Source: Spirogloea muscicola (taxonomy: Eukaryota). Taken from it: a DNA stretch of 62,231 nt. How positions within the stretch are numbered: the first letter of the stretch is position 1; each line of letters starts with the position of its first letter. The position numbers and the translations under genes were made by a program. Positions 51,871 to 62,231 of the stretch are shown piece after piece. Below the pieces are notes generated by a model. It saw only the letters and a list, made by a program, of their open reading frames with translations, was not told the DNA's origin and made no database searches. The stretch spans positions 103,214 to 165,444 of the forward strand of contig WELB01000021.1 of assembly GCA_009602725.1 (NCBI GenBank), written 5' to 3'.

Positions 51871-54800
51871 CTAATCCAAGACAGCGGCCAAATAATCTTT
51901 GAGCTCAATGTTCTCCAGCTCGTCGCCCATCTCTTCAACATCCTCGGCATAAGGTACCTGTGGCATCTGTGGCTGCTTAAAGCCACCAGCGCTGCCACTT
52001 GGTAGTAAGCTGGCCAGCGGCAAGTCTGGCTCTGCCTGGGACTTGGCCAGTGCATTGGAGACAAGCACCTGCCCTTCCTGTGACTCCCTGCCTGGAGGTA
52101 GCAAAGGGGCCCTCCGTGGACGTGGAAGCAATGGTGGCAATGCTGACGCCGGAGGGCATGGCAGAAGGTGGTACTGTGTGAGAGCCGTCGCCGCGTGCAG
52201 GTGCCGCTGGAATCGCAGCTCCGCATCAGTCTCCCGCCGGAGATCCACGAGCAGCATCCCCGTGTGCTCCTGAACACAACACCAAGCGACACAAGGAGCA
52301 ACGTCAGGACTCTGAGATGCGATGAAGATCAGCTTCACAGCTTCACACTTGCCTCCATTGTCTGCTCTGTACAATGATAGGAACATATAAGCAAAACAAA
52401 AACCCATATAGCAGGAAAGACGTGCACGTTCCTACATCAAGTGCTGTCCTCAATGAAGACGGGTCAGGGCCTACCTCTTGGACCAGCAGGCGCCCAGCAG
52501 CCACCGCCTCGAGGACGGTGGCGCTGCCAGGGGGCGCGCGGGCGGCTAGCCTGGCCATGAGCTCGGCGAAGCGTCGCTGGCACTGCTCCCTCCTCCGGTA
52601 GGCGCCGCCGCCGCCCATCGCACCGGGGAGTGAGTTCACGAGGTCGCTCACGAGCGCCCAGCTGGCGCCGCCGTACTCGTGCACCGCCGCCGCCAGGACG
52701 GCGTCCTCCAAGAGGCCCAACGGTGGTGGCGGCCGCGCCGGCGCCGACGCTGCCGCCGAATCCGCTCGGCCCTTCACCCTCGCGCGCTCCCGCATCAGCC
52801 TCTCTCGCTTCGTGCCGGACAGACGCATCACCGCTGGGCCCACAGCCGCATTCGTGGGCTTCTGATGGACTGCACTTGTTGTTGCCATGGCTGCCGACCG
52901 TGCTATCTCCGCTTCCTGCGGCTCCTGCCGCCCATGCTTCAGGAGTATCTCCTGAAGCATACTCTCCTCCAACTTCTGCGACAGCTGCCGCTTCCTCTGT
53001 GATGAGCTGGGGAGTAGCAGCGCCTGCAGGTCTGCCCTGCCGCCCATGGCCTCCGCCTCCCTCCACCTTGCCGCCTCCTCCTCCCTCTCTCTCCGCAGCT
53101 CCGCCTGCTTGCGCTTTTTCAGCTTACGCTTGCGCTGGCGCTCCTGCTCCCGCTCTTGCCTCTCCCTCTCCTCCTGCTCCAGCCTCTGCGCCTCCGCCTC
53201 GATTGCAGCCAGCTCTGCCTGCCGCTGCTCCTCCTGCCCATGCATGCCAAAAATGCTCCAGAGATTAAGTCAGCTCTTGCAGTGTTTGCATGAGATCATT
53301 TAGGACCAGACTGCTGGAGAGATTACACTAAAGGTAAGCTGAGGCTTTCATGACCAGCGCATATTAAAGAGAGGAGTGAAGTTGTATGGTTACTTTTAGT
53401 TTGCCACATCAAGGAATAAGTCCAAAAAAAGAGAACAATTAGTAGAGCCAACGCATGACAGTATACAGACAGTCAAGTAAGAGACAACCACCTTCAAGAG
53501 CTCTCACAATGCACTGAAGGCTGTTTTTCAAGGGCTGGAAAGATAGCACCCATCGTCAAGAGGCAACTGCGCCCAGCAGATGGTTTACAGTCGTACGGAA
53601 GAAGGACGTGCCTGCTGTTGGGCAAACAGGCCGACTTGGGTGCGGTACGCGCGATCGGCGCCCTCGACCTGCCAGCTCTCGTACCGCAGCGGCTCATCGT
53701 CTCCATCCATCTCCTTCTCCTGCTCCTCCTTGAGCTGCTCCAAGCGCTCCAGCTCCCAGTCCCGCTCCTCCCACTCCAACTTGTGCTCCCCCGCGGCCCT
53801 GTCTCCCAGCAGGACTTGGACGCTAGCATCACCACCTTCCAGCCCATTCAGGTAACCCGACCATGTCTCCAGGAACTGCATTGCGTACCTGTAATTGGAG
53901 TTTTTTCAGACGTTGCGAATTGCTTAGGTGCTAGGCTGCTGTGCCCCACAAGTGTACATTGAGATCTCATTACGAATTGGTGTGTAACCGCAGGGCAAAA
54001 CCTGAGTTACAGACGTAGCTCTACTCAGTCTCAGGTCTCGAGTCTATGCATGTGATATGACAGAGAAATACTAATACTTTGGAAATGGAGCTTCTTAAGC
54101 CTCTGACGAATAGCAAAACAAGCTCTGTCAGGGAGGGTGCAGAGACTTGCCTCTCGATGGGCCTCAGCGCGCTTTCCAGGGACATCTCCTTTGTCTTGCC
54201 TGCAGCAGCATCGGCAGCCGCAAGCAGCCGCACATCTGCCAACATGTCCACGTCGGTATCCTCGCCTTCGGGCACAACCTCTGCCAGCAGCGACTGCTCG
54301 ACAGCAGCAGGGGCTGCCGCCTTGCCATCCCACCTCTCAGGAACTTCCTCAGCTTCAATATCTGCGTCGCCTCCTTCTCCTTGCTCGTCATCTTGAGCAG
54401 CCACTGGCCCCTCCTCAGTGAATTCCTGCGCAGTAATTCAGCACAATGGCATTGTCTATCAGTACAGCGAGCTGCATTATCACAGGCATTTGTCCTCGAC
54501 TTGGGTGAAGCAATAGGGGCACTGAGAGCAGCCAATATAACATCTTTGCATCTTTGCATCTTTGTTCATATTAGTAACACTACAACTAAGTGGCTCCTCA
54601 ATGATGAGAAAGGCTAATAAGTACGTCACCTGTAGCAAAGTTGCCTGAGTAACTTAGTTTCCATGAGGCAAGAAAGATGAACAGAAGCACAGGGACACTA
54701 TCTCCTTGACCAAAGTGTGGTGCAGGATAACCATCTGTTGCTGCTGACCTGATTGTCAGCAGCCTCCTCCTCCTCCACCTTCTTCATGGCCATGTAGTCC

Positions 54801-57800
54801 GCCTCATCTTCTGCATACTTCAGCGCAGCGTCAACCTCTGCAGTTGACAACTCTACCTGCTGCGCAACCTGTGACGAGGCCGCCACCTCCACGCTCGCGA
54901 GGGCAGGCACCTCCTTCACGCCTGATAGGAGCTCGCGCGGATCGAGTCGCTTGAAAAATTCGGTGTTGTACTCGCCACTCTGCAGATTGGAGCAAGGTAA
55001 GATGAGTAAGCATGTCACAGGTACAACGTGGGTCACTAAAGGGCTGCCACAACGTCACCTCATTTGGGCTCTAGACGAGTTGAATCAAAAGTGACTCCTA
55101 CCTGAATCACGAGGTCGTCCAGCAATCGCTTTTGGTTTGCCTTACGCAAGATGTTTTCTTCTATTGTGTGCTCGCTCACGAGCCGGTAAATGTTGACCTC
55201 GCGAGTCTGCCCAATTCTGTGACATCGATCCTGAGCCGCCACCAACTCTACAGCAGTGTCAAAGTTGCTGCCATTTGGCTTGCACAAGCTATGATCAGGC
55301 AAGATGTGCCACCAGACTATGGGCAATCTAAAATGGCAGGGTCACATCACCAACAAAGAAAAAATCTGCTCCACATGACGGGTTTACGTGTCTGACTAGG
55401 TCAATCATGTACAGGAGTAGCAGTGGTGACCTGAGCCTGCAGGTCCATTGCCGGATTCCAGTCTGAGTCGTAGAAGATGACCGTGTCAGCTCCGACCAGA
55501 TTGATCCCCACACCGCCGCTCCGCGTCGACAGGATGAAAAGGAAAATCCTGGGGCTGGTGTTGAAACGCTGCATGAGAATCTGGCGCTGCTCCGCCTTGG
55601 TCGACCCGTCCAGCCGCATGTACGTGTACCCGTACAGGCTTATGAACGACTCGAGAATGTCCAGCATCTTCGTCATCTGCGTGAAGATGAGGGCGCGGTG
55701 GCCCTCCGACTTCAGCCGCTGCAGCAGGCGTGCCAGCTCCTGCATCAATACGGGCCACAAGCAAACAGCTTCAGCTGCATACAGTGACGTCCATAGAGAG
55801 CCTATCTCTGCACGTCCCAGATCTCAAAGCATAGTCTAGGTCTTTGGAGAGCGCAGACAGTGCCCCTTCACTTATCAAGTCCCCAGTCAACCTTGAAGGC
55901 CAATGTCTTGCTTGACATTATGACAAGGAGTACTGCTGAGCGCTTGCTGAACAAGGAGGTGTGCATCTCCTTGTTGGGTTTAGGGTTTGCAGGTTGGCAA
56001 GTTGGCAGGTTGGCAAGCCCCTCCTGACTGGGTTCTCAGGAAGGAGGAGCCCTTGACCCTCTTGCAAGACTTGCAACTCTTTATGCATGAATCTGCTCAC
56101 AATGAGGGCACAAGCGAATGGAAGAAGGGGCTTGCCAACCTGCAGCTTGCCACAGTCGTACTGCAGGAGCCGCCGGTCAGGGAAGAAGAGCTGGCCGCGC
56201 ACCACGGCGGGCCTCAGCGGCGCCAGCAGGGCGCTCGCCTCAACATACGCTGCAGCCTGTTCACATGCGTCTGATGGCGCTCTGCCACAGGCGGCCACTA
56301 CTTGCTGCGGATGGCTGCACCACCAGAGCGGCGCCGGCGCACGGGCGGCCGGGATTGCGAAGCGGAATGCCTGCACAACCTCGAGCATCTCCGTCCACCG
56401 CTCCAACGGCAGCTTGACCATGGCCGCCAGGATGGAGGAGTGCGACAGGAGGCGCCGAGGCGAAGCTGCCACCCGGCGGATGGCCTGGACGGGGTCCTCA
56501 ACTTGCACCGCCCGGATCAGGTCCCAGCCATAAGGGGGGGGCATGTAACACCGGTGCAGGTTGAGGGCTGCTATGGCTGCCGCCCGGCCCAGCCGCCAGG
56601 CCTGCCGTCGCTCGTGGAGCTCCTTGAAGAGCTTCTCGACAACACCGCCACGAGTGCAGCCTGCCGGCAGGTGGCCTTGGCTTGGTCCCACGCTTGCCGC
56701 CTCGAGGATCAAGCGCGCAGGTGTGGCGAGCCTTTGGACGTCCTGAGCCGCCCATGTGGGGTCCCAGAAGCTGCTGGGCAGCCATGTAATGATGCGGCCA
56801 CCATAGAGTGGACTGCAGCTACTGGGCACTGCCGCCACTGCGTCCGAGCTCAGGTGGCTGACAATGCCCAGGAGGTCGAGCGCCGATACGATAGGCCGCA
56901 CCTCAAAGAGGTCGGGGTGATTGCAGACCTTGCGTAGCTGCATAAGCACGTTGATGAGGCTGATGAAGTTGCCGCCGGCGAGCGTGGCCTGCGTGTCAGA
57001 GCTGGCCATGAAGTCCTCATAGAGCGCGCGCTGGCGCTTGGACAGCGCGCAGCGCACGACGTGCTCATGCTTGCTTGGCAGCTGCTTCTCCACGTCGCGC
57101 TTGAGCCGCCGCAGCAGGAACGGGCGCAGCACGTTGTGCAGGCGGCCCACCACCTCCTTGCTCGCACCCTCCGCTCCCTCCACCAGTCCGCTGATCGGGT
57201 TGCTGAACCAGTCCCGAAACTCCTGGCATCACCGCACCACCCCAAGCAGCTGACAAGGTCAGAAGGGTATCACATACCCAACTTGAGTGTCCTGCACGGA
57301 TCACAAGAAGCTCCAAGTGCAATGTGAAAGTGGAAGTGAGAGCGTCGTAACATCACCACATGGGCAGCCAGATTTAGGGGCTTAGCTACACACGTCTCCT
57401 CTCAGCCCGCGACTTACTTACCTGGTGAGACTGGAAGACGTGGGGCATGAGAAAATGCATGAGCGACCAGAGCTCCATGAGGTTGTTCTGCAGCGGCGTG
57501 CCTGTGAGCAGCACGCGCCGCTTGCTGCTGAAGTTGAGCAGCGTCTGCCACCGCTGCGATCGCCAATTCTTGATCAGGTGCGCCTCATCCAGGATGAGGT
57601 ACTTCCACCTCTTCCGTCTGAACATCTTCACGTCCTGCAAGGGCGGCACAACACCACTGCGGCCGTCGCAAACGGTCGCTTTCTCAAAGTCCTCACTCTG
57701 CCCATAGATGACCCAATTTTTGACATGATGTCCTGCTCGACCACCTACACATTTTGCAGCAACAGCAGATGCGAGGCTCCTTCTTGCCAAGACTCTTGCC

Positions 57801-60800
57801 TGGATTGCAAGCCGGTATGTAGTGATGCAGACGTGAAAGTAGTTGCTCTTGCTCCAGCCCTGACGCTTGGCCTTGCGCTCTTTGGCATGGCCAAAGTATG
57901 TGAGGATCTTGAATGCTGGGCACCACTTCATGAACTCCATCTCCCAGTTGAGCATCACCGACGTAGGCACGACAATGAGGTGCGGGCCCCAGATGCCCTG
58001 CAGGCCCCACAGAAAGCCCCATGAGCACGCTGTCAGATTAATATCGTTGTGAACTTACTGGGCCATACCATAAACCTTAGATTTGCATCTGAAGGGGCAG
58101 AACATTTATGCTATGGCAGGAGCATCACAGCGCCTGTTGATCCTCCTGTGAAATAACTTGAGAGGTCTAGATCAACCAAATGGCTTCAATCACTGTTGCA
58201 ACAGCACCTTCAACTTGGACCAAAAGTGTCCTGTATCATACTAGCTTCACCCCAAGTCTGAACTCAAGGACTGGCTCACTTTGCCCCAACCGCAAAAGCC
58301 CAGAACTCACCTTCTCGCAAGCAAGGTGCGCAAGGAGCGCAATGGTCATGATGGTCTTCCCGAGGCCCATTTCGTCGGCCAAAATGCCGTTGAGCCTCTT
58401 CTCGTACATAGTGACGAGCCAGTCAAGGCCAATGTGCTGGTACTCACGCAGCGGATGCTTGAGCAGAAACGGAACGCGCGTTCGTACTGCCGTTGTCGAC
58501 AGTGTGTGGCCCGTCGGCTGCGCAGCTGCCGCCGCTGCCGCCGCATCCTCTAGACCGTACTCGCACTCTAGCGCTGCGTCGCCTGCTGCCTCCACACCCT
58601 CCAGGGATACGTTCGCATCTCCATTCTCTCCCTCTTTCACCGAGGCCTCCTCCTGCTCCTTACCCTCAGAGTCCTGCCTCCGCTTCCAGGTCCGCTCATC
58701 CCGCCGGATTGCCACCTCCTTAATCCGGGCCACCACGGCCTGGTCCACGTCATTGAGATTGCTGATGAGGCTGGCGGACAGGAGCGCGGTATGGCTGGCG
58801 TCACAATCTTCATACCCACCCCTGTGGTCGGCCTCGCTCACGTTCCTGCATGTGCTGGCACTGCGACCATTGGCTACAGGTTGGTGCTCGGCGCAAACAC
58901 CCCGTGCGCTGCCATTGGCGTCGCCATTACGGCAGCGGCTGCGCGGGGAGGCCCCGTCTGCACTGCCACTGCAGACGGGGCCTGTGGTGCTCGCCTCGCT
59001 AGTGATGACCTCTGTGGCAGCAGGCTCGGCGGCCTCCATCCGCACACTCGGTGCCACACCGTTGCCCTGAGCATGCCCACCTCCTTCCTCTTTCCAGGCC
59101 GTCTCCTTGTCCCCATGTTCAGGTTTCCTCTCCTCTTCCTCCTCCACTACTTCACCTCCCTCCTCCTCCCTGCCGCCAGCCTGAGCCTCCATCCCACGTA
59201 GCCGCGCCAGAAGCTCCTCCAGCGGAACTTCCCCGTCATGCTGGAGCATTTCAAGCTCCTCCTGCGGCCCTCCCGCCGCGTCCATGCTTGCAAGCCGCTC
59301 CTCCTCTTCCAGCGTCGCCTCGTCGTCGTCATCGTCGTCGTCACCGAACCCACTACTGCCATCGCTGTCATCCTCCTGCTCCTCCTCCTCCCCCTCCTCC
59401 TCCTCGTCCTCCTCCTCCTCCTCCTCCTCCTCCCCCTCCCCCTCCTCCTTCTCCTCCTCCTCCATGCTCGCTTGCTCTCCTCCGTCAAGCTCGGTTGCCA
59501 CCGTTGTGCCATTCGGCAGTCTACTGCCATCAGCAGGCCGCTGACCCAGCCGCCCGGGGCTGCCCTCTTGGATGCTATGGTCAGCGACGCCCTGCGGTGC
59601 CGTGACGTTGCGCCAATCAGCCTCAACAGGCAGCTCGCCGTTGCGCCCACCCCCTCCAGGATCGAAGCCTGCATCGGCGTGGCTGCACTTGCGCTGAGGC
59701 TGCTCCTTGTGTGACGCCAGCCCGTTGGGCAGGTCCTGAAAGCTGGGCGCGAGCTCCTGACATCCAGCGGGCTCGCTGCCAGCGAGCCCCTCCCCTGTGC
59801 TCAACGGTTCAGCGACGCCAACGGCTGCGCTATCAGCAGGTCTTGTCGCTGCCTCTCCTCCACACCTCCCCTCTTCCTCCCCCTCGGCCCCCCTCTCTGA
59901 ACCACCATGCTCCCCCTCCTTGTGCACCACCAGCTGCTCCTCCTCCCCCTCCTCCTCCTCCTCCTCCCTCTCCTCCTCCTCCTCCTCCCCCTCCTCCTCC
60001 CTCTCCTCCTCCTCCTCCTCCTCCTCCACCTCCTCCTCCTCCTCATCCTCCTCCTCATCCTCATCCTCCTCCCCCTCCTCCTCCTCCTCCTCCTCCCCCA
60101 CCTCCTCCCTCCCCCCCCCAAAAGACATGTCCTTGGGCTTGCCCTCCTGTTGCTCACCCTCCTTGATGTGGGGAGCTGCTGCTCGCCAGTCAACAACGTC
60201 AACAGGGCTGTCAATTGCTGTTGCCAGGAAGGCCGACACATGTGGGCCACCGCCCTGCCCAATGACATGGCTTTGCAAGGAGCAACAATGTCAGAGTTGG
60301 AGTCGGCTAGTCTTGGGTTTCATTCCTGCACATGGACTTCAGCGGACGGGACTCCTCTAGTACGAAAACCCCTAGTAAGGGCTGACACAGAAGCATTCAT
60401 TAGATCAACTGGGGGCTTAGCACGGCAGGCCGACCCTTGGCTTTGCGGTAGTGGTGCAGGAGCTCGTCGAGCGGTAGGTCACTCTCGCGCTGCAGTGCAG
60501 CCACCTCCTCGCGACGCTCCTCTGCAGTGAACAGCGCCTCGTCGGCCTCCAGCGTCCGCTCATCGTCCTCCTCTTCCTGCAAAAAACGCAACAAAGTGAG
60601 AGGTGACCACACCAACAATCGCAGCAGCACAGCGTCGGAGCTGGCACTGGCCCCATCAGCAGCGCCAGAAATAAAGCAGGAAGACCAGGACGGCACCATG
60701 TCAGCAGCGCCGCCGCCTGGTTTGAAGTCGCCATCGTCATCATCCACCGCCGGCAGATCCTGGGCGTTGCCGGCCTCGCCGCGAGCAACGTCAGCTGCAG

Positions 60801-62021
60801 CATTGCCGCCGCCACCACCGCCGGCATCACGCTCAGCAGCCGTGGCGTCATGCTGCACGGCATGGTTGTTGCCGCCTTTGCCGCCGGCATCTGTGCTCGA
60901 CGGCGCCACAGCCAGGTTCTCTGCCAGCATGGAGGAGTACCTGAACAACGACATGCACCAAATGGTGCACAGTGAGACAAAGCCCAAGGATCGTGAGGGA
61001 ATGTGAGCAGTCCAGTCTCTACTCGAGCTTCGCAGGGAGTAGCTGTTGTGGATTGCAGGTAGGAGAGAGGTCGAAGCAGGGAGGGGAGGTGGAATAGAAG
61101 CATGGGGCAGGTGGGAAGGAGAGGGGGAGGAGGGAGGAGGGAGGAGGGAGGAGGGAGGAGGTAGGGAGGAGGGCAGGGCACCGCTCCGTCTGGCCAAGGA
61201 GGAAGTCGAGGTGGCGGTCGAGCGCCGCCTTCTTGCGCTGCTCGATCTGCAGCTGCTGCTTGTACACTACCTGCGGCACGGTGGCGGAGGCAGCAGCGGA
61301 ATCAAAAGGCGCAAGGCTCGCACTGTCGGCCATGTTTAGATCATCCGCATGCTCTCTGCTACGACGACGAGGCCGCGGCGGCAGCTCACCAGCTTCTCAA
61401 TCTTGGCCCAGAAGCGCTTCACCTCCCGCGCCATGCCGCTGGCAGCCCGCCGCATCCGCTGCTCCTCGTCCTGGTGCGACAAAAGCCGCGACAGTCCGCC
61501 GCGTAAATAAGTCGCTCGTGACCACGCCAACCATGCGACGGACCGCAGGTGAACTTGGTCATGGACGAAGAAGCGCGGACAGAGAACAGGAAAATTGATC
61601 GAATGCAAGACCATAAGAGCTGTGGGCGCCGCTGCCGGGCGCACCTTCTGGCGGCGCTCCTCCCGCGCCGTCTCATCGAGGCGGCTGCGGCTGGCGCGCG
61701 CCGCCACGCCCTTGGCCTGCTTCAGCTTCCAGCGCCGCTCGCGCTCAAAGTCCTGGCACGATGCCACGTCTCGTGCGCAGCTCTCAGTGAACCGGCCTCG
61801 GAGCAAAGGGGCACAAGCTGCTCCCCAGTAAACGACCATCGATCTCCGGCTATCAAACTTACGTTTAGGGTTTAAGGTTGGGGTTTACAGCCAACCAAGA
61901 GGCAACTAGCAAGGCGGGCTTTACCTTGGCCAGCCACGCCATCTCCTCCAGCACATGGTCCCAGTGGGCCTTGGCCCTGGCCGGCTCCACGAACTTGGCA
62001 GGCCGCCGGATGGACAGGACC
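51871..62021 (-). CDS. PIE1: SWR1/SRCAP-family chromatin remodelling ATPase (PIE1); 5' end lies beyond the window
   Basis: HSA domain ([44 protein letters not shown]); SNF2_N ([43 protein letters not shown]); split HelicC (QYDCGKLQ|..[31 protein letters not shown]); SANT-like ([22 protein letters not shown]). Confidence 0.96.
59310..60110 (-). repeat. (GAG)n / (GAC)n coding microsatellites giving poly-Glu/Asp tracts in PIE1
   Basis: TCC runs at ~59370-59465 and ~59935-60110, in frame within the 58236-60278 ORF. Confidence 0.9.
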
Positions 62022-62231
62022 TGCAGGGCAACCGTGGAAGGAAGGAGCTGAGCGCCGGCTGCGCGGCGGGAGCAGCAGTGAAAGGGAGCTGGTGGTGGCT
62101 GGGTGGTGGACATGGATGGAAAGAGAGGGAAGGAGGGAGAAAGGGGGGAGAGAGGGAGGGGAAGAGGGAGAGGGAGAGAGGAGGGAAGAGGGTGAGAGAG
62201 AAGAGAGGGGGAGAGAGAGGGGGGGAGAGGG

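Noticed and set aside
61864..61886. Telomere-like TTTAGGG/telo-box sequence (also ~55979)
   Set aside because: One or two degenerate units inside introns; not an array.
62115..62231. GA-rich purine tract at the window end
   Set aside because: Low-complexity CT-rich sequence on the PIE1 sense strand, presumably intronic.

Overview
Eukaryotic, GC-rich, intron-rich genomic DNA with plant-type genes; a green or streptophyte alga is inferred, not proven. Four N-gaps all fall in GC-rich gene 5' regions. Ten spliced genes were reconstructed by eye: an atypical SAC51-like bHLH (-), DCP5/LSM14 (-) head-to-head with ZMAT2/Snu23 (+), a TOG/CLASP-N repeat protein (-), ARF1 (+), a Rossmann-only MECR-like protein (-), a full-size ABCG/PDR transporter (+), a WCRKC thioredoxin (-), eEF3 (+) and the SWR1/PIE1 remodeller (-, 5' end outside the window). 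Two observations stand out. First, the PDR-type transporter carries an in-frame, cleanly spliced PDZ-like domain between NBD1 and TMD1, and both ABC signature motifs are degenerate. Second, the intergenic DNA is full of 5'-truncated 3' ends of an RLE (CRE-like) non-LTR retrotransposon family. These are recognisable by a conserved C-terminal peptide (SDLxxL[T/S]R[G/S]Y*) and a GGGCTG-N8-CAGCC 3'-UTR unit. They are often stacked or inverted, and one 63-bp copy shows an 8-bp target-site duplication next to an empty paralogous site. No prokaryotic features, CRISPR arrays, rRNA or tRNA genes were found. Exon boundaries are manual estimates.
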